Sequence record: LC765218.1
Reading direction: 5' to 3' (one strand)
Length of the DNA: 64,000 bases
Position 1 is the first letter of the stretch, and each line of letters starts with the position of its first letter. Shown here piece after piece: positions 30,909 to 39,294 of this stretch. A program made the position numbers and the translations under genes. A model generated the notes under the pieces. It did no database searches, was not told where the DNA came from, and was given only the letters and a program-made list of their open reading frames with translations.

Positions 30909-31976
30909 ATGACCAAATCTGCTAGCCGTAATTTCATCGTACTGGAAGGCCCCGAGTTCTCCGGTAAATCGACGCTGCATCGTGCTCTTATTGAACGACT
31001 CAAAGCTGATGGTATCGACCACGTGGCTCTTCGTGAACCGGGTGGAACGGAAATGGCTGAAGAGATTCGCACTGTTCTATTGAAACATCGTGAAGAAAAG
31101 ATTGACCCAGTTTCAGATATTTTCCTGCATATGGCATATCGCCGACAGAATATCCAGAATATCGTCAAGCCATCTCTGAATGAAGGTAAATGGGTTGTAT
31201 CTGATCGCTTTGTTTTCTCTACTTGGTGCTTGAACGTAGCTCCTTATCTGGACACCAATCCGAATCTGGCAGATCTGTTCATGGGTGTAATGCCGCATGT
31301 TATCGGTGATGGTGTTCCTGAACCGCTGTGCTTCTATCTGGAAACTCCTGAGGAAGTACGGAAAGAACGTATGGTTAACAGTGGTCGTTCTCTGGATCGT
31401 TATGAAGATGACGAAGTTTACCAAACTCGTGTTAACAACGCATACGCTCAGATTAAGTTTAGTCCTTCGACTAAGGTAATTGACGGCACGGCTCCCATTG
31501 ATGAACAAGTTCAATTCATCATTGAAACTGTTCAAGCCCACGAAGCTCTGCGAGCTAAAGATGAGCTTGAAGAGAAAACCGAGAACAGCGGCCATCTTCC
31601 TCCGGAAACCATCCCTGGTGAAGAACACGATGAAAGCGGTGATGTTGTACAACAATCTTCTGTTGACGAAGAACCTGTTGAACCGGCTGTCTTTGATCTG
31701 GAAGTGGCACTGGAGCAATACGCTGAAACCCAAATTATCAAAGAGGTGATTTTGGGTCGAGAAGAACTCCTGCCGTATTACAAAGACCTGGCCAAGAAGA
31801 TTGTACGTAAGATCTTCGAAAAGACCAATGACGAGACTATCTTCCATCCAGCGCGTGTTGGTGAGTTGAACCGCGAAATCCATTCTCTGTTCCACTTCCA
31901 TGAACGTCTGCAAGACTGGAAAGATCTGATCAACAAAGACGAGCCGGTTGAACCTGAAACCGCTGTAGCAGAATAA
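30909..31976 (+). CDS. tmk: thymidylate kinase with a C-terminal extension
   Basis: P-loop EGPEFSGKS, REPGGT, SDRF; start refined to 30909. Confidence 0.9.
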   Translation: MTKSASRNFIVLEGPEFSGKSTLHRALIERLKADGIDHVALREPGGTEMAEEIRTVLLKHREEKIDPVSDIFLHMAYRRQNIQNIVKPSLNEGKWVVSDRFVFSTWCLNVAPYLDTNPNLADLFMGVMPHVIGDGVPEPLCFYLETPEEVRKERMVNSGRSLDRYEDDEVYQTRVNNAYAQIKFSPSTKVIDGTAPIDEQVQFIIETVQAHEALRAKDELEEKTENSGHLPPETIPGEEHDESGDVVQQSSVDEEPVEPAVFDLEVALEQYAETQIIKEVILGREELLPYYKDLAKKIVRKIFEKTNDETIFHPARVGELNREIHSLFHFHERLQDWKDLINKDEPVEPETAVAE

Positions 31977-31984
31977 AAGGAAAC

Positions 31985-32218
31985 ATGATGTCTGAGACTC
32001 TCTCTGTGAAACGTTACATCCAAGCATCGGAAATCGACGATACTCTGTCCGACTATATCGGTCGTACATTCATCGTTAAGCGCAACGGTATTACCACCGC
32101 TGTCACGTTGGATAAAGTTAAAACCAACAAGATCTATCTGAAACGCATGGGTGACCGTCAGGATGGTTTCTCCCTACCTCGTGCAGAGTTTGGTAAGTAC
32201 TACCAACTTGCTCCTTAA
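31985..32218 (+). CDS. small hypothetical protein
   Basis: 77 aa, AAGGA RBS. Confidence 0.75.
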   Translation: MMSETLSVKRYIQASEIDDTLSDYIGRTFIVKRNGITTAVTLDKVKTNKIYLKRMGDRQDGFSLPRAEFGKYYQLAP

Positions 32219-32231
32219 GTTGTAAACACAG

Positions 32232-32258
32232 GAGGCTCCTTCGGGAGCCTCTTTATGT
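32232..32258 (+). terminator. terminator
   Basis: GAGGCTCC-TTCG-GGAGCCTC-TTTATGT. Confidence 0.85.
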
Positions 32259-32277
32259 TATCAAGAGGAAACTTCAA

Positions 32278-32997
32278 ATGCGCTTTACCAAGATTATCGC
32301 CCTCTTTCTAATGTCATTTGCATGCATTGTGTTTGGCCAAGAAGTGAAAGACCCGCTGATATACGCACAAACACCTTTATTCTTTTCTACCTTCACTCCA
32401 AAAGTTGCACCTTGTTTCTTTAACAATGACTCACGCCATGGGGTGTGTGGATGGAAGACATGGCCAGATGAGATCACAGTAGCCGTTACGCGTCGCTCTA
32501 AACCTACTGAGGTCTACAGCTATGTAACTAATGGTAATGTAGAAGTAGTATGTATTGATGAATATTGTCGGGATGCATACGGACAACTCGTTGGTGTAGT
32601 ACGTGGACATTCGGGTACTACCTATTGGGAACTTCCTCGTGGTTATTACTTAACCATGGTTAATAACTCATTCACCGCTATTAAATTTGGTAATGGGTCA
32701 TTGAAACATGAGTTCCCAATTCGTGATCTTCTGCCTTCTAAATACAACGATAAGAAAGCAGATGGTGAAACTCTAGATTTACGTTTTACTGAAGCACTTT
32801 ACAATGTGTATTGTAATGTAGAGATGGAGCGTTGTAACTATCTTGGGAAAGAGTGGACTCTACTAGAGCTGGCTCAATTGGTTCCCTTTGTTAAGACTGC
32901 AACATGTGACGAGTATCTTTGTTACATCGATAACCGTAAATCTCAAGTAGCTGGTATCAACCCCGCGCGACGTGATATTTACGATGGCATCAAATAA
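32278..32997 (+). CDS. secreted/periplasmic Cys-rich protein
   Basis: Signal-peptide-like MRFTKIIALFLMSFACIVFG; multiple Cys; GAGGA RBS. Confidence 0.7.
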   Translation: MRFTKIIALFLMSFACIVFGQEVKDPLIYAQTPLFFSTFTPKVAPCFFNNDSRHGVCGWKTWPDEITVAVTRRSKPTEVYSYVTNGNVEVVCIDEYCRDAYGQLVGVVRGHSGTTYWELPRGYYLTMVNNSFTAIKFGNGSLKHEFPIRDLLPSKYNDKKADGETLDLRFTEALYNVYCNVEMERCNYLGKEWTLLELAQLVPFVKTATCDEYLCYIDNRKSQVAGINPARRDIYDGIK

Positions 32998-33006
32998 CAA
33001 TATAAA

Positions 33007-33047
33007 TGGAGTCCCCAAGGGGACTCCAATACCTTCTTTCTTTTTTT
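33007..33047 (+). terminator. terminator
   Basis: TGGAGTCCC-CAAG-GGGACTCCA followed by a T-rich tract. Confidence 0.7.
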
Positions 33048-33084
33048 GCTCTCAATCCTATAATCCAGCATTCGAGATACGATC

Positions 33085-33567
33085 ATGGTTAAAGTAGTAG
33101 TCATCAAAGGTAGTCCCAAATTTGGGAAAATTGAACTATCTGAAAAGTATTACGCTGAGGTTACTTCTTTCCTGAAGGATCTCGGTTGTGAAGTTATTGT
33201 CCGCGATGTTAGTGAAATGTACGCATGGGAAGCTGATGTTAAACTATACGTAGCACACGGTCGCGCTTGTAGATTAGCAGCTGAACATAATGCTACTGCA
33301 TCCGATGTACCATTCTTAGAATTCGGTAGCTTAAATGGAATTATCCATCCGATTGATAAAGCTTGGCAAGAGGGTTCTCGTCAAGGTCTTCCACCAGATG
33401 AACATTTTGAATTTATTCCAGAACAGAAGGAAGTGCTCGGTCGTTTGGTACATGACTTAATGGCACCTACTCCAACTATTTCCGGTATACAAACATTGCG
33501 TAATCTGGAAGTACGTCGACAAGGGAGACGTCAGAATATCTCTGGTTTTAATGTTCGTCGCAGTTAA
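33085..33567 (+). CDS. hypothetical protein
   Basis: 160-aa ORF. Confidence 0.7.
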   Translation: MVKVVVIKGSPKFGKIELSEKYYAEVTSFLKDLGCEVIVRDVSEMYAWEADVKLYVAHGRACRLAAEHNATASDVPFLEFGSLNGIIHPIDKAWQEGSRQGLPPDEHFEFIPEQKEVLGRLVHDLMAPTPTISGIQTLRNLEVRRQGRRQNISGFNVRRS

Positions 33568-33634
33568 ATACTTAAGTTGTAACCATATGTAGCAAAGACT
33601 ACAAAGCCTCATACCCACCGCCCGGAACATCACC

Positions 33635-33997
33635 ATGGAAATATTCTCCCTTATCGAACTTCTCTTCGTATTACTCGTCGGTCATGCTGTTTGCGATTAC
33701 GCGCTACAGAATGATTTTATGGCCGCTGCAAAGAACCATACTACTGAACTAGGTAAGACCTATTGGCTCTACGTTCTTCCAGCACATGGTCTTATTCATG
33801 GAGGTTGGGTATACGTAGTAACGGGTAGTTTTGTTCTAGGGGCGGCTGAAACAATTATCCATTGCATCACAGATTATCTGAAATGTGATGGTAAAATTGG
33901 ATTCCATACTGACCAATGGATTCATATTGGGTGTAAGGTACTTTGGGTAATTCTACTAGCATATCAGTTTGACTTCCTGCAACAACTCCCTGTATAA
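33635..33997 (+). CDS. DUF3307-like membrane protein
   Basis: GHAVCDYALQ, H..IH and IHCITDYLK motifs with several hydrophobic helices. Confidence 0.75.
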   Translation: MEIFSLIELLFVLLVGHAVCDYALQNDFMAAAKNHTTELGKTYWLYVLPAHGLIHGGWVYVVTGSFVLGAAETIIHCITDYLKCDGKIGFHTDQWIHIGCKVLWVILLAYQFDFLQQLPV

Positions 33998-34000
33998 ACG

Positions 34001-34030
34001 CATAGCTCGCCTTAGGGCGGGCTTTATGCC
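34001..34030 (+). terminator. terminator
   Basis: AGCTCGCC-TTAG-GGCGGGCT-TTATGCC. Confidence 0.75.
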
Positions 34031-34102
34031 TTATCTGATGAAAGTATAAGGATATATATTTTCGTGTTGTGGAAGAGACCGTGGCCCCTATAGGAGGGGA
34101 AG

Positions 34103-34591
34103 ATGGTTATTAGTCAGAATACTGCTACTGAGATTGATTCTCAAGTTGCCAAAGGTTTATCTATTGGGTATTTCGGTAAAGGAGATGACTTATCTCTTAT
34201 TCCCCGTATGATCGGTGACTGGAATATCAGAACAATAGAGGAACAGAGGTCACCCGGAACAGGGTATATTGTGGCGGTTCCATCGAATACACGCACTCGA
34301 CTTATTTATGCTGCTGGTCGAATAGCGTGGTTAGTAGCTTTAGGTTACTCTGAGCAAACAGCTCATGTTTATCTTAAAGCTAGTTCTACCGTTGCAAAAC
34401 GTTGGGATCATGAGGTGGCACAGTTTGTACTAACTAACTACGGAATTGATACATTTATTCTAGAGCAAGCCTTATCCAGTGATAACCCAAAGAAATATCT
34501 AGAATCACAAGGATATTATTCTAGGGTATCTCGTGGTAAGATTATTGCTAGTTGTCAGATTCTTCGCAATATCCGTGGTCTATCAAAATAA
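34103..34591 (+). CDS. hypothetical protein
   Basis: 162 aa, AGGAGG RBS. Confidence 0.8.
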   Translation: MVISQNTATEIDSQVAKGLSIGYFGKGDDLSLIPRMIGDWNIRTIEEQRSPGTGYIVAVPSNTRTRLIYAAGRIAWLVALGYSEQTAHVYLKASSTVAKRWDHEVAQFVLTNYGIDTFILEQALSSDNPKKYLESQGYYSRVSRGKIIASCQILRNIRGLSK

Positions 34592-34593
34592 CT

Positions 34594-34617
34594 GGAGCCT
34601 TCGGGCTCCTTTTATTT
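34594..34617 (+). terminator. terminator
   Basis: GGAGCC-TTCG-GGCTCC-TTTTATTT. Confidence 0.8.
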
Positions 34618-34667
34618 CGCATAGTCCCTTATTCTTATGACTTCCTTATCGTAAAGGTTCACTCCCT

Positions 34668-35099
34668 ATGAGATTCTTTTGTGACGCTGAATTTGACGTA
34701 CCAACTGATAGTTTGATTTCTCTTGCTATTGTATCTGAAGATGGCAACCGAGAGTTCTATGAAGTACTCGAACATAAGCATATTCAAGACGACTGGGTAA
34801 AGGCAAACGTCATTCCTATTCTTCAAAAAGATCCTATTTCGTTTGAAGAATTCCAGATCCGCCTTGAGAAATTTGTATCGCAATTTGCTGGTATGAATAT
34901 AATCGTTAACCACCCCAATGACGTTATTTATTTTAACAAAGCTCTATTAGGGGAGAAGGGGAAATGGATTATGATTCAACCATTGACTTTTGATATTGAT
35001 GATCGTCTCAGTGGTAAAGGATCTAAACTTTTGCACAATGCGCTATTCGATGCCAGGGCGACACGCGAGGACTGGTTTAAAAAGAATGGCTATACATGA
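34668..35099 (+). CDS. DEDDh 3'-5' exonuclease (RNase AS/Rv2179c-like)
   Basis: ExoI CDAEF, ExoII-like HPNDV, ExoIII HNALFDA. Confidence 0.8.
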   Translation: MRFFCDAEFDVPTDSLISLAIVSEDGNREFYEVLEHKHIQDDWVKANVIPILQKDPISFEEFQIRLEKFVSQFAGMNIIVNHPNDVIYFNKALLGEKGKWIMIQPLTFDIDDRLSGKGSKLLHNALFDARATREDWFKKNGYT

Positions 35100-35120
35100 A
35101 ACCATTTTGGATAAATAGAA

Positions 35121-35792
35121 ATGACAACTGTACTTGAACAGATGACGGGTAAACCCGGTCGTAAATGCCGAGGCGAATCTCTTTTACGTCTTCTGATCTC
35201 CACGAGTTATCCACAGACAATTCTGTCGGATCTAACATTTGCTTTTACTAAGCACTCTGGAACAGATGACGAAGAGTCGCTTGAAAAACTTGCAGTACTA
35301 ATGCGAAATATCGAAAAAGAATTTGATATGTTCGACTTCATCCGCTGTATTGAAATTAGACGAGATGGCGATGTTATTAACATCATTGTTAAACGACTTG
35401 ATTTTGATCCAACCATGCGTGCACTGAATGATAGTGTTGATACGCATGAACACATGGCTAGCTCGTGCGTAACTCTATCCAATGCAGATGACCGCCTTGA
35501 AGATGTTGAGCAACTAGCTATTAAACTGCTGGAAGTATTCTATCGTTCTCAAGTTAAAGTTAAACGTGGTACAGAAATTGCGACTACAACTTGGAAATGT
35601 CGTTATCGTGAATCTGATCGTCGTAAATCGAAAGCTGAGCAAACTGCGATCGATACTAACCTTGACTTTGAAGGTGTAGTAGAAACAATCGCTGCTTCGC
35701 TCTGTAAGCGCCGTTTCCATTTAGTCCTTACACAGAATGCCTTTCTGCTTCTGGATCAACGTAAACGCATCTGGGGCGTTAGCAGGGGATGA
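35121..35792 (+). CDS. hypothetical protein
   Basis: 223-aa ORF. Confidence 0.75.
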   Translation: MTTVLEQMTGKPGRKCRGESLLRLLISTSYPQTILSDLTFAFTKHSGTDDEESLEKLAVLMRNIEKEFDMFDFIRCIEIRRDGDVINIIVKRLDFDPTMRALNDSVDTHEHMASSCVTLSNADDRLEDVEQLAIKLLEVFYRSQVKVKRGTEIATTTWKCRYRESDRRKSKAEQTAIDTNLDFEGVVETIAASLCKRRFHLVLTQNAFLLLDQRKRIWGVSRG

Positions 35793-35794
35793 CA

Positions 35795-35827
35795 ACATAA
35801 AGCCTCCCCGAAGGGAGGCGTTTATGT
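35795..35827. terminator. bidirectional terminator
   Basis: ACATAAAGCCTCCC-CGAA-GGGAGGCGTTTATGT between convergent genes. Confidence 0.85.
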
Positions 35828-35829
35828 CG

Positions 35830-38800
35830 TTATTGTACAGGTACTGGATTTCCATTAACTGGAATCATCCAACGTTTTGTTGGATCTTCAAAACTTTGAA
35901 GAATCCTTGGTGCACCGTAGATGTCTTTTACCTTAGTGTTAGGTAAGATAGTCCAGGTATCATTAAACCAAGCATATACCGTATTGGTTTTCATATCGCA
36001 AACAATATTTCTCTTTAGACTACTCTCGTAAGTAATGTCTTTGAAATAAGAGTTAGCCTGCGACAAACTACCAAAACCATATTTCTTACCACCTTTGAAA
36101 ATACTTAATTCAGGATGGTCATTTAGATTAATACTCATGTCATAGGCTGGATTAAATGTTGTTCCATTCCAATCCGAACATTTAACATTAAACAGGTCAC
36201 CTGTTCTGATTACCTTAACACGTATGAATCTACCGCTCCAACCTTTAGGTGGTGTTGCTTCCCTAACTGAATATTCCTTATACTCAGTGGGATTCGCATT
36301 CCAAGTCGTATGCTTGCTAAAGTCCTTTACAATGGACTGAACTGGCCATACTGGTCTATTAGACCAATCTCCACTTGGACCGGATATTACTAAGTCAAGT
36401 GTATGGTTACGTCCAGCAGCTTCATCACGATTAAATGCTAGAATAACCGTGTTAAAGTCGTCGTCAGCATCACTTGATGTAAGAGTGACTTCAAGTTCAT
36501 ATGACTCTGGAGCTTCATCAGAAATGAATCCATTATAAAGACTAGTATTGATTGGTTGAACCGCAGCCTGTAATGTATCATTCCAGTACCAACTAGCGGC
36601 ATCACCTTCTGCACCTACACCACCAGGGAATAGTTTATCATTATTAAACCTATCCCAACTCTCGAAGATTTGTTTTGGCGTCGGAGGTTTTAACCTTTCA
36701 AGAGTCTCTAACGTTTCGGCTGTAGTTGCATAAGCTAAACCCTGAACATTAGTTTTCTGTAACTCACCAGTGAAATAACTAATAAGATTCTTAAAGTGAG
36801 AACCTACACTTAAAGTATTATTTAGAATATTGTAAACTGGTCGGAGTTGATGAATATCTTCAACTAGTTTGTGGGGCACTTGGATAGGAGTAACAGAATA
36901 GATAGGTTCACCCGTTTCTGTAGTACCTGTCTTAAATCGATCAAGATACGGCTTGGTATTTTCAGCGCGACCATATCGGTTAGCAATAGCAGGCGTATAA
37001 CGTTTGATCGGTAATCGGGATTCGTACTCAAACGGCTCTACGATTTTAACTCGTATTTCATCGTTATCATTAACATAGATTCCGTCTACTGGATAGATCG
37101 TCTGATGACTACCTGTTTCAGTAGAGTACCAAGCCTGACCAACTTTTGTTTCCCTTGCTGCCGCCGAACCTTCAGAACGGTAAATATCTGCTATAATACT
37201 ACCAACAGAAGATCCATCGATTTCTATTGTAATGTCAGCAATATCAGACAAGTCGGTATCGAGCAGGGTGATATTATTACCTTCTTTATCTTTGAAGATA
37301 ACATAGTCACCTGTACCAATGAGGTATGCGAAACTCATCGACTTAACGCTACCGTCCGTTAACCGTAGCAAGAAGTTAACAGTATGTTTTCCAGGGTTGA
37401 AGGTTAATGTCACTGGATCCTTCTTTTGGAAAACAACTTCTTTAACGACTACACTCGACTCACTACCACCAGCTACGATAAAATCGCCATCAGTTAGATC
37501 ATTGTAGAGAACATGATCGCCGTAAGTCGATCGTATAAATCCAACGTTAACATTCGATCTATCGACAGAACCACTGAAATATGCGTTGAAGTTTACAGCA
37601 AGTTGGTTAGCAGTAACAAAGAAACAGTTAGATGCAGTTGGAACCGGATACGCTTCTTCGATGCTGTTAATAACTGGACCATGGTCTGTAAATATGAAAA
37701 TGCCATTACCAGCTTTCCGATATGTAAGAATATCCTGAATCGCAGTTTGCGTAAACTTACCGTTAACTGATTGATTCGGATCACTTAAAGAACCAACAAA
37801 TACCAACCCTGCGTAATTGTTTAATTCCGTTAAGGTTGGATTTAAATGGGTTCCATCATAATCGGTCTGATCTTTCAGAGTGCATGTAAAACCACCAGCT
37901 CCCGCAACCTTAGTAATGTATTCATTGAACGCGGTCTTCAGTACATAGTTACCAGTAGTTGCATCACCTAGGACAAGAATGTTTTTATTACCGCTAGCGA
38001 CTTTCGCAGGGTTAGCAATAAAATCAAGACAGTTCTTAAAATAGGTTTGACTAGAGTTTAGGTTTTTACCTGGACCAAGATAGCGTTTACGGGTAACAGT
38101 CCAACTACCTATCCAATCCTGCGGTGTTGTTGGATTAACCACAAGACTGTTCGTCATGATAGCGAAAGCAACAGTTGTTCCGTTAAGGATCCGTGCATTT
38201 CTCAGCTGCCCACGATACTCTTTTACAAGGGTAGGATCTGCTTCATTTTCAAATGCCACGGTCCAAGTCGATAACCGCTTACCAACAATGGCTTCCAATG
38301 GGACTGTACGTGTTACCCATTTGTTTTTCCATTCTGGCCTATCTCTACACATAACTGGATGTGTTGCAGTGGCGGGGTTACCATTGTCTTTGATTACAGG
38401 ACTGTAGTTCCTAAATCGAACAGGGTTATTACCAGTTTCATCATAAACAGTACAGTCTAAACCAAAATATGCATCATCGAACACATAGTGATCGTAAACA
38501 AGAACATCTCCACTTTTAACTGTGTAAGTGTTATTGTTAATTACTTCATAGTAGCAAAGGTCTAGACCGTTTGCATCAGGTTGTAGTCTAGCAGAGAAAT
38601 CTAGAACACCCTGAGTCATGGAAATGTTTGCTGCCTGTGGATTCATGAACTTTGGAAAACCACCATCGTAAACAACGTTGCCGTTACCATCTTGGGTAAC
38701 GGCAATGAATGGAGTAGGCGGGCTTAAAGAATCGTAAGCGATATACTCAGAAACGACCGGCGGTAAACCATTAACAGAATACGCGACACCATTAGTAGCG

Positions 38801-38880
38801 ACATTAGAATCAAATGTCCATTTTACAACCTGGGTACTAGGATAGGCCCCAGGTTTTTTGTCTGGATTAGCATATGCCAT
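35830..38880 (-). CDS. large virion/tail-fibre-like protein with a C-terminal lectin-like (TSP-C/concanavalin-type) domain
   Basis: 1016 aa, beta-rich, AT-rich; DADDDFNTVILAF and YGFGSLSQ motifs. Confidence 0.6.
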   Translation of the reverse strand: MAYANPDKKPGAYPSTQVVKWTFDSNVATNGVAYSVNGLPPVVSEYIAYDSLSPPTPFIAVTQDGNGNVVYDGGFPKFMNPQAANISMTQGVLDFSARLQPDANGLDLCYYEVINNNTYTVKSGDVLVYDHYVFDDAYFGLDCTVYDETGNNPVRFRNYSPVIKDNGNPATATHPVMCRDRPEWKNKWVTRTVPLEAIVGKRLSTWTVAFENEADPTLVKEYRGQLRNARILNGTTVAFAIMTNSLVVNPTTPQDWIGSWTVTRKRYLGPGKNLNSSQTYFKNCLDFIANPAKVASGNKNILVLGDATTGNYVLKTAFNEYITKVAGAGGFTCTLKDQTDYDGTHLNPTLTELNNYAGLVFVGSLSDPNQSVNGKFTQTAIQDILTYRKAGNGIFIFTDHGPVINSIEEAYPVPTASNCFFVTANQLAVNFNAYFSGSVDRSNVNVGFIRSTYGDHVLYNDLTDGDFIVAGGSESSVVVKEVVFQKKDPVTLTFNPGKHTVNFLLRLTDGSVKSMSFAYLIGTGDYVIFKDKEGNNITLLDTDLSDIADITIEIDGSSVGSIIADIYRSEGSAAARETKVGQAWYSTETGSHQTIYPVDGIYVNDNDEIRVKIVEPFEYESRLPIKRYTPAIANRYGRAENTKPYLDRFKTGTTETGEPIYSVTPIQVPHKLVEDIHQLRPVYNILNNTLSVGSHFKNLISYFTGELQKTNVQGLAYATTAETLETLERLKPPTPKQIFESWDRFNNDKLFPGGVGAEGDAASWYWNDTLQAAVQPINTSLYNGFISDEAPESYELEVTLTSSDADDDFNTVILAFNRDEAAGRNHTLDLVISGPSGDWSNRPVWPVQSIVKDFSKHTTWNANPTEYKEYSVREATPPKGWSGRFIRVKVIRTGDLFNVKCSDWNGTTFNPAYDMSINLNDHPELSIFKGGKKYGFGSLSQANSYFKDITYESSLKRNIVCDMKTNTVYAWFNDTWTILPNTKVKDIYGAPRILQSFEDPTKRWMIPVNGNPVPVQ

Positions 38881-38892
38881 TTCAGGCTCCTA

Positions 38893-39282
38893 TTAAGGTA
38901 CGATTTTCTTATGGGGTGCTCTGACAATGACAATGTATGCAACGGTGGCAGACGACGGGTTAGCAATAACCAACGTACCATCATCTTTAATACCCCAGGT
39001 TAATACAGCAGAAGCGTCAATGTAACAATCTTTGGTGAGAGAACCGTTTACAGTATCTCTAATCTTTACTTCTACAGAAGCCGCACGGGGTACCTCTGAA
39101 CCAGCTGGAATCAAAGGAACAAGATCATACGTCCTAGTTCCGCCTGCCGGTACCGTTGTACTCTCGTAAATGATGGCTGCTGCGCCACCACCTCCACCAG
39201 AACCGCCACCAGCGATTAGTTCTTCGATCTTAAGTAGATAACGGTTGATGGCCGCAATCATACCTTTATTTGTTTCACTCAT
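38893..39282 (-). CDS. small virion structural protein
   Basis: Start refined to 39282 (GGAG RBS); Gly linker GGGSGGGGG followed by a beta domain. Confidence 0.65.
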   Translation of the reverse strand: MSETNKGMIAAINRYLLKIEELIAGGGSGGGGGAAAIIYESTTVPAGGTRTYDLVPLIPAGSEVPRAASVEVKIRDTVNGSLTKDCYIDASAVLTWGIKDDGTLVIANPSSATVAYIVIVRAPHKKIVP

Positions 39283-39294
39283 TGTAGACTCCAA

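Noticed and set aside
31113-32069. Minus-strand ORF of 318 aa
   Set aside because: Shadow of tmk.
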